A stretch of DNA of 10,447 nucleotides, taken from the NCBI GenBank assembly GCA_041586955.1, contig JBFGZE010000100.1, positions 1-10,447 on the forward strand. The letters run 5' to 3'. Positions 7,147 through 10,447 of this stretch are shown here, piece by piece. A model generated the notes under the pieces. That model was not told the DNA's origin. It made no database searches and saw only the letters and a list, made by a program, of their open reading frames with translations. Origin of the DNA: Bacteriovoracaceae bacterium (GTDB lineage Bacteria; Bdellovibrionota; Bacteriovoracia; Bacteriovoracales; Bacteriovoracaceae). Numbering within the stretch: position 1 is the first letter of the stretch; each line of letters opens with the position of its first letter. A program made the position numbers and the translations under genes.

Positions 7147-7572
7147 ATGGCGAAGGCAACACGAACTGAAATTTTTCAAGCTCCCATTGATAGGGTTTAT
7201 AGCGTTATTCTCGATTATCGCTCTTACCCCGAATTTGTTGATGGGGTGAGTACGGTTAACGTATTGGATGAAAGCGATAGTGGGGCCAGAGTCGAATACG
7301 GACTTAACCTCATTAAAAAATTTAAATATATTTTAAAACTAACGCATAAAGCTCCAGAATCTATTTCTTGGGAGTTTGAGTCTGGTGATATTTTTAAGGT
7401 TAATAATGGCTCATGGCAATTAAGGGATATGGGCGATGGTACCACCGAAGTGACTTATTCACTGGAAATTGAAGTGAAAGGTTTTGTTCCCAAAGCGATT
7501 GTTAATGGCCTTACTCAAAAGAATTTACCGGCCATGATGAGTTCTTACCACCAAAGGGCCAAGGTCCAATAG
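7147..7572 (+). CDS. SRPBCC/START-fold protein (polyketide cyclase/Coq10/RatA-like family)
   Basis: APIDRVYSVILDYRSYPEFV at the N-terminus, GSWQL...GTTEVTYSL, and a C-terminal helix; 141 aa. Confidence 0.88.
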   Translation: MAKATRTEIFQAPIDRVYSVILDYRSYPEFVDGVSTVNVLDESDSGARVEYGLNLIKKFKYILKLTHKAPESISWEFESGDIFKVNNGSWQLRDMGDGTTEVTYSLEIEVKGFVPKAIVNGLTQKNLPAMMSSYHQRAKVQ

Positions 7573-7580
7573 GAGTTCTT

Positions 7581-7919
7581 ATGTCACAGGAACCATCTGA
7601 TAAACCATTAAGTGAATTATTAAAAAAGCTGATGGCCGTTGGTAGTGGTGCAGCGTTTCTCACTGAAGATGTGCTTAAACATGCCCTTAAGGAGGGGAGT
7701 TTGCCGAAAGATTTAATTTCAGGGCTTTTACATAATGCCAAAAATGTTAAAGAAGATATCTCCGGCAGTCTTAAAGACGAGTTTAGTAAATACCTCCATA
7801 AGATTGATCTGACACATTTAGTTGATAAAGTCGCTAATGATTATGACCTTGAGGTCAAGGCCAAGATTTCTCTTAAGCCTAAGAAAAAAACGACTAAAAA
7901 GAGTAAAACTGAACCCTAA
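7581..7919 (+). CDS. Small hypothetical protein with phasin-like amphipathic N-terminus and Lys-rich tail
   Basis: RBS AGGAG (7571-7575) overlaps the upstream stop. LLKKLMAVGSGAAFLTED resembles the N-terminal helix of PhaI/PhaF-type phasins. C-terminus KPKKKTTKKSK. The CDS is well supported; the function is tentative. Confidence 0.7.
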   Translation: MSQEPSDKPLSELLKKLMAVGSGAAFLTEDVLKHALKEGSLPKDLISGLLHNAKNVKEDISGSLKDEFSKYLHKIDLTHLVDKVANDYDLEVKAKISLKPKKKTTKKSKTEP

Positions 7920-8630
7920 ATGATGAGTAATGATCGGCTTGAATTTCTCAAATCTCGACTTGAGTTTTTTTATAAGGGGATTATGGATGCCAAATTATTG
8001 GCAGTGACTAAATCCACTACGATAGAAGACATTCTTCTCCTTTATCAGCTTGGACACAGGCATTTTGGAGAGAATAGAGTTGAGCAATTAAAGAGTAGGG
8101 CGGAATACTTTGAGTCTCATGGGCATCAAGATATTTCTTGGCATTTTATCGGTGGCCTTCAATCTAATAAAGTGAATAAGCTTCTAAGCGTTCCTAATCT
8201 TCGTTATATCCACTCCGTTGATCGACTCGATCTCTTACAAAAAATTACCAAAAAAGCGCAGGACACTCAGGTCAAAGGGCTTGGGTTGTTCTTGCAGGTT
8301 AATACTAGTGATGAGCTAGAGAAAGGCGGTCTTAAAAATTATGATGAAGTCGCGATGGCCTGTAATTGTTTAGTTCACGAGGGAGTAAACCCCCACTTTT
8401 ATATGGCCGGCTTGATGACCATGGGTAAATTGCGCACTGGGACTCCCAAGGAAGATGCTATTCTTTGTTTTTTAAAATTATTCGATATGCGTAAAAACTT
8501 AGAAAAAGATTTTGGCCTAAAAGGGTTGGAATTATCCATGGGAATGAGTAATGATTACCAAGAAGCAGTTCAAATGGGCAGCCAATGGGTGCGTATCGGG
8601 CGGTCGCTATTTCAGTCAAATAATTCATAG
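7920..8630 (+). CDS. yggS: PLP homeostasis protein (YggS/PLPBP family)
   Basis: LLAVTK (PLP lysine), FGENR, WHFIGGLQSNK, IHSVDR, LQVN, GLMTM, LSMGMSNDY, VRIG; the ATG directly follows the upstream TAA. Confidence 0.96.
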   Translation: MMSNDRLEFLKSRLEFFYKGIMDAKLLAVTKSTTIEDILLLYQLGHRHFGENRVEQLKSRAEYFESHGHQDISWHFIGGLQSNKVNKLLSVPNLRYIHSVDRLDLLQKITKKAQDTQVKGLGLFLQVNTSDELEKGGLKNYDEVAMACNCLVHEGVNPHFYMAGLMTMGKLRTGTPKEDAILCFLKLFDMRKNLEKDFGLKGLELSMGMSNDYQEAVQMGSQWVRIGRSLFQSNNS

Positions 8631-8752
8631 TATTCATGTCATTATTAGATAGTCTTATAAATTTAATGAGTTAGCAGCTTTAAAGTTTGCTCTAGGATTG
8701 ACTTGGGTACAAAGATTTGAAAAAGTAGAGTGAACCCAAAAAGGAGCGAATC

Positions 8753-9694
8753 ATGGCACAAAGGGCCGTACCTCATCTAAGTCTTAAGGCCTACACTGAA
8801 GGCGGGCCTGAAGATAAACAACAATTTATTGATCAATTATATGAGGGTCTTAAGGATTATGGCTTTATTGTTTTGCGCGATCATCTTGTTGATCAGTCCC
8901 TCGTCGATCAGGCCTATAAGCTCTTCACTGAATTTTTTAAACTCCCTCTTGAGAGCAAGTTAAGATATTATGACGCAAAAATTGGTGGTCAGCGCGGCTA
9001 TACTCCCTTTAAAACGGAGCATGCCAAGGATAACCCTCATCCAGACCTTAAAGAGTTTTGGCATGTTGGCCGTGAATTAGCTCCTACGAGTCCCTATTAC
9101 AATGTTTATCCTGCCAATGTTTGGGTTGAGGAAATCCCGCAATTTAAAGATAACCTTAATAAGCTCTATCAGGCGATGGATCGAACTGGAGTGGTTTTAC
9201 TTGAAGCATTGGGAAAGGCCCTTAATGTACCAAGTCATTTTTTTCGCGATATGGTCGCTGATGGCAATTCTATTTTACGGGCCATCCATTATCCACCAAT
9301 TAAGGGCCTGGAAGTGAAGGATAGTGTTAGAGCGGCCGCTCATGAAGATATTAACTTGATTACTCTATTAGTCGGAGCAACTAATTCTGGTCTTGAATTA
9401 TTAGATCGGGATGGAACTTGGCTCAAGGTTGAAAGTGGGCCAGATGAAATCGTTGTTGATACAGGGGATATGATGTCTCGCTTGACCAATAATGTTTTGC
9501 CAGCGACCACTCACCGAGTGGTGAATCCCGATCAACCAGGTGAGGCCCGCTACTCTATGCCTTATTTTGTTCACCCACATTCAGACGCCTCCTTGGCATG
9601 CCTTGAATCCTGCGTGGGAGAAGGAGTTCAATATCCACCAATCACAGCAGGAGAGTTTCTAATGGAGAGGTTAAGGGAAATTGGCCTCTATTAA
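8753..9694 (+). CDS. 2-oxoglutarate/Fe(II)-dependent oxygenase, isopenicillin N synthase-like family
   Basis: YGFIVLRDH, GQRGYTPF..E.AK and DLKEFWHVG in the N-terminal domain; facial triad AAAHED...TTHRVVNP; RYS 2OG-binding motif; RBS AAGGAG. Confidence 0.93.
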   Translation: MAQRAVPHLSLKAYTEGGPEDKQQFIDQLYEGLKDYGFIVLRDHLVDQSLVDQAYKLFTEFFKLPLESKLRYYDAKIGGQRGYTPFKTEHAKDNPHPDLKEFWHVGRELAPTSPYYNVYPANVWVEEIPQFKDNLNKLYQAMDRTGVVLLEALGKALNVPSHFFRDMVADGNSILRAIHYPPIKGLEVKDSVRAAAHEDINLITLLVGATNSGLELLDRDGTWLKVESGPDEIVVDTGDMMSRLTNNVLPATTHRVVNPDQPGEARYSMPYFVHPHSDASLACLESCVGEGVQYPPITAGEFLMERLREIGLY

Positions 9695-10447
9695 AATGAT
9701 AGATTTTGAATCAGTGATGAAAAATTGAAGGGAGGTTTTTTGACCTCATTTTTCATGATCATATTAGCACCACACTTTAGGGTGAAGGTTGCAGACTCTT
9801 CTTGTTCTGGGAAGGGAGTAATTCCCAAAATTGTTTTCTTTAGCCCTGAATCATTAATTAATGGGATTGATTGATCCATTAATGTCATGCTCATCTGATC
9901 AGCGGGGCAACGTTCATTGGGATTGAAGCTTGCAATTAATTGGCCCTTGAAGTCACCCTCTAAGCGATCGCAATTACTTTTAAGGCCAATGGCCTTTTTA
10001 AGGCAAGGGTGATCTTGGGATAAGGCGATCACTTCATCATGCGAAAAAAGGTCGTCACGATAAGTCCATTTTAATTGAAAAAATTGTCGTAGAAAGGGGC
10101 CGGCGAGATTATCTTTGCTAAAGATAAAAAGGTTTTCTCCATTTTTCTCGACACCAGAATGTGACCAATTGGCAGAGCCGTTGAGTGTGACAATTTCATC
10201 TGGGTAAATAAAAACGGCAAATTTATGATGGAGTGAGCCATATTTTACTGGAAGTGAGTTTTTGACCAAGGTAATTTTATTACGTGGATCTTTAGGTGGG
10301 TATGGGTTTTCTATTTTTATCTTGGCCAATTGCTCGTTTACAATTTGCTCAGGGCCAAAAAAACCTAAAGTTGCGAGTCGCCTAATTTGGAATTGAAATC
10401 CTTTATTGGTAAAGCGATCTTGATCGAAAAGGATTTGAATATCGCCA
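9691..10447 (-). CDS. Phospholipase D superfamily (Nuc-like) protein, partial (5' end beyond the right edge)
   Basis: The frame stays open upstream of the track's TTG at 10329 to the window edge (GDIQILFDQDRFTNKGFQFQIRRLATLGFFGPEQIVNEQLAK...). It contains LHHKFAVF, GSANWS and NGEN motifs. Confidence 0.85.
   Translation of the reverse strand, partial: GDIQILFDQDRFTNKGFQFQIRRLATLGFFGPEQIVNEQLAKIKIENPYPPKDPRNKITLVKNSLPVKYGSLHHKFAVFIYPDEIVTLNGSANWSHSGVEKNGENLFIFSKDNLAGPFLRQFFQLKWTYRDDLFSHDEVIALSQDHPCLKKAIGLKSNCDRLEGDFKGQLIASFNPNERCPADQMSMTLMDQSIPLINDSGLKKTILGITPFPEQEESATFTLKCGANMIMKNEVKKPPFNFSSLIQNLSF

Noticed and set aside
8681..8740. TAAAGTTT sigma28-like -35 and a TTGGGT...ACCCAA inverted repeat upstream of the oxygenase
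   Set aside because: No CCGA -10 element at the right spacing; the stem is short with a long loop and no U-tract, so chance is a sufficient explanation.
6666..9317. Track ORFs 6666-7031, 6716-6946, 7224-7445, 7511-7741 and 9102-9317
   Set aside because: Short ORFs overlapping well-supported genes in other frames or on the opposite strand.
7147..9694. Secondary-metabolite cluster suggested by the 'polyketide cyclase' and 'IPNS-like' labels, or a RatA toxin-antitoxin pair
   Set aside because: No PKS, NRPS or tailoring genes are nearby; both families are commonly stand-alone, and the downstream gene does not resemble ubiquitin-like RatB.
10327..10329. TTG start proposed for the PLD ORF
   Set aside because: The frame is open to the window edge and includes a typical PLD strand (IQILFD), so the true start lies outside the window.
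1..10447. CRISPR arrays, tRNA/rRNA genes, IS elements or prophage genes
   Set aside because: No regularly spaced repeats, cloverleaf motifs, or transposase/integrase signatures were seen; intergenic gaps are all about 305 nt or shorter.

Overview
A 10.4 kb gene-dense bacterial chromosomal window. The gene content and style suggest a Bdellovibrionota (Bacteriovorax/Halobacteriovorax-like) predator, but this is inference and is not shown by the sequence. Most genes are housekeeping: pgsA-serB-panD on the minus strand; a PilZ-domain gene, then glpX, an SRPBCC/START protein, a small phasin-like protein and yggS on the plus strand; a 2OG-Fe(II) oxygenase; and the 3' part of a PLD/Nuc-superfamily gene entering from the right edge. 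The ORF track misses the most interesting gene: a stop-free minus-strand ORF from ATG 2132 running off the left edge (>710 aa). It has a signal peptide, long coiled coils, 10 Cys, a Cys-tipped hydrophobic hairpin bracketed by two identical KKWQKK motifs, and a sigma28-like promoter upstream. It is divergent from a secreted protein made of three 4-Cys GLG1-like repeats. No RNA genes, CRISPR arrays or mobile elements were seen. A new system is not demonstrated; the left-hand secreted locus is the best candidate.
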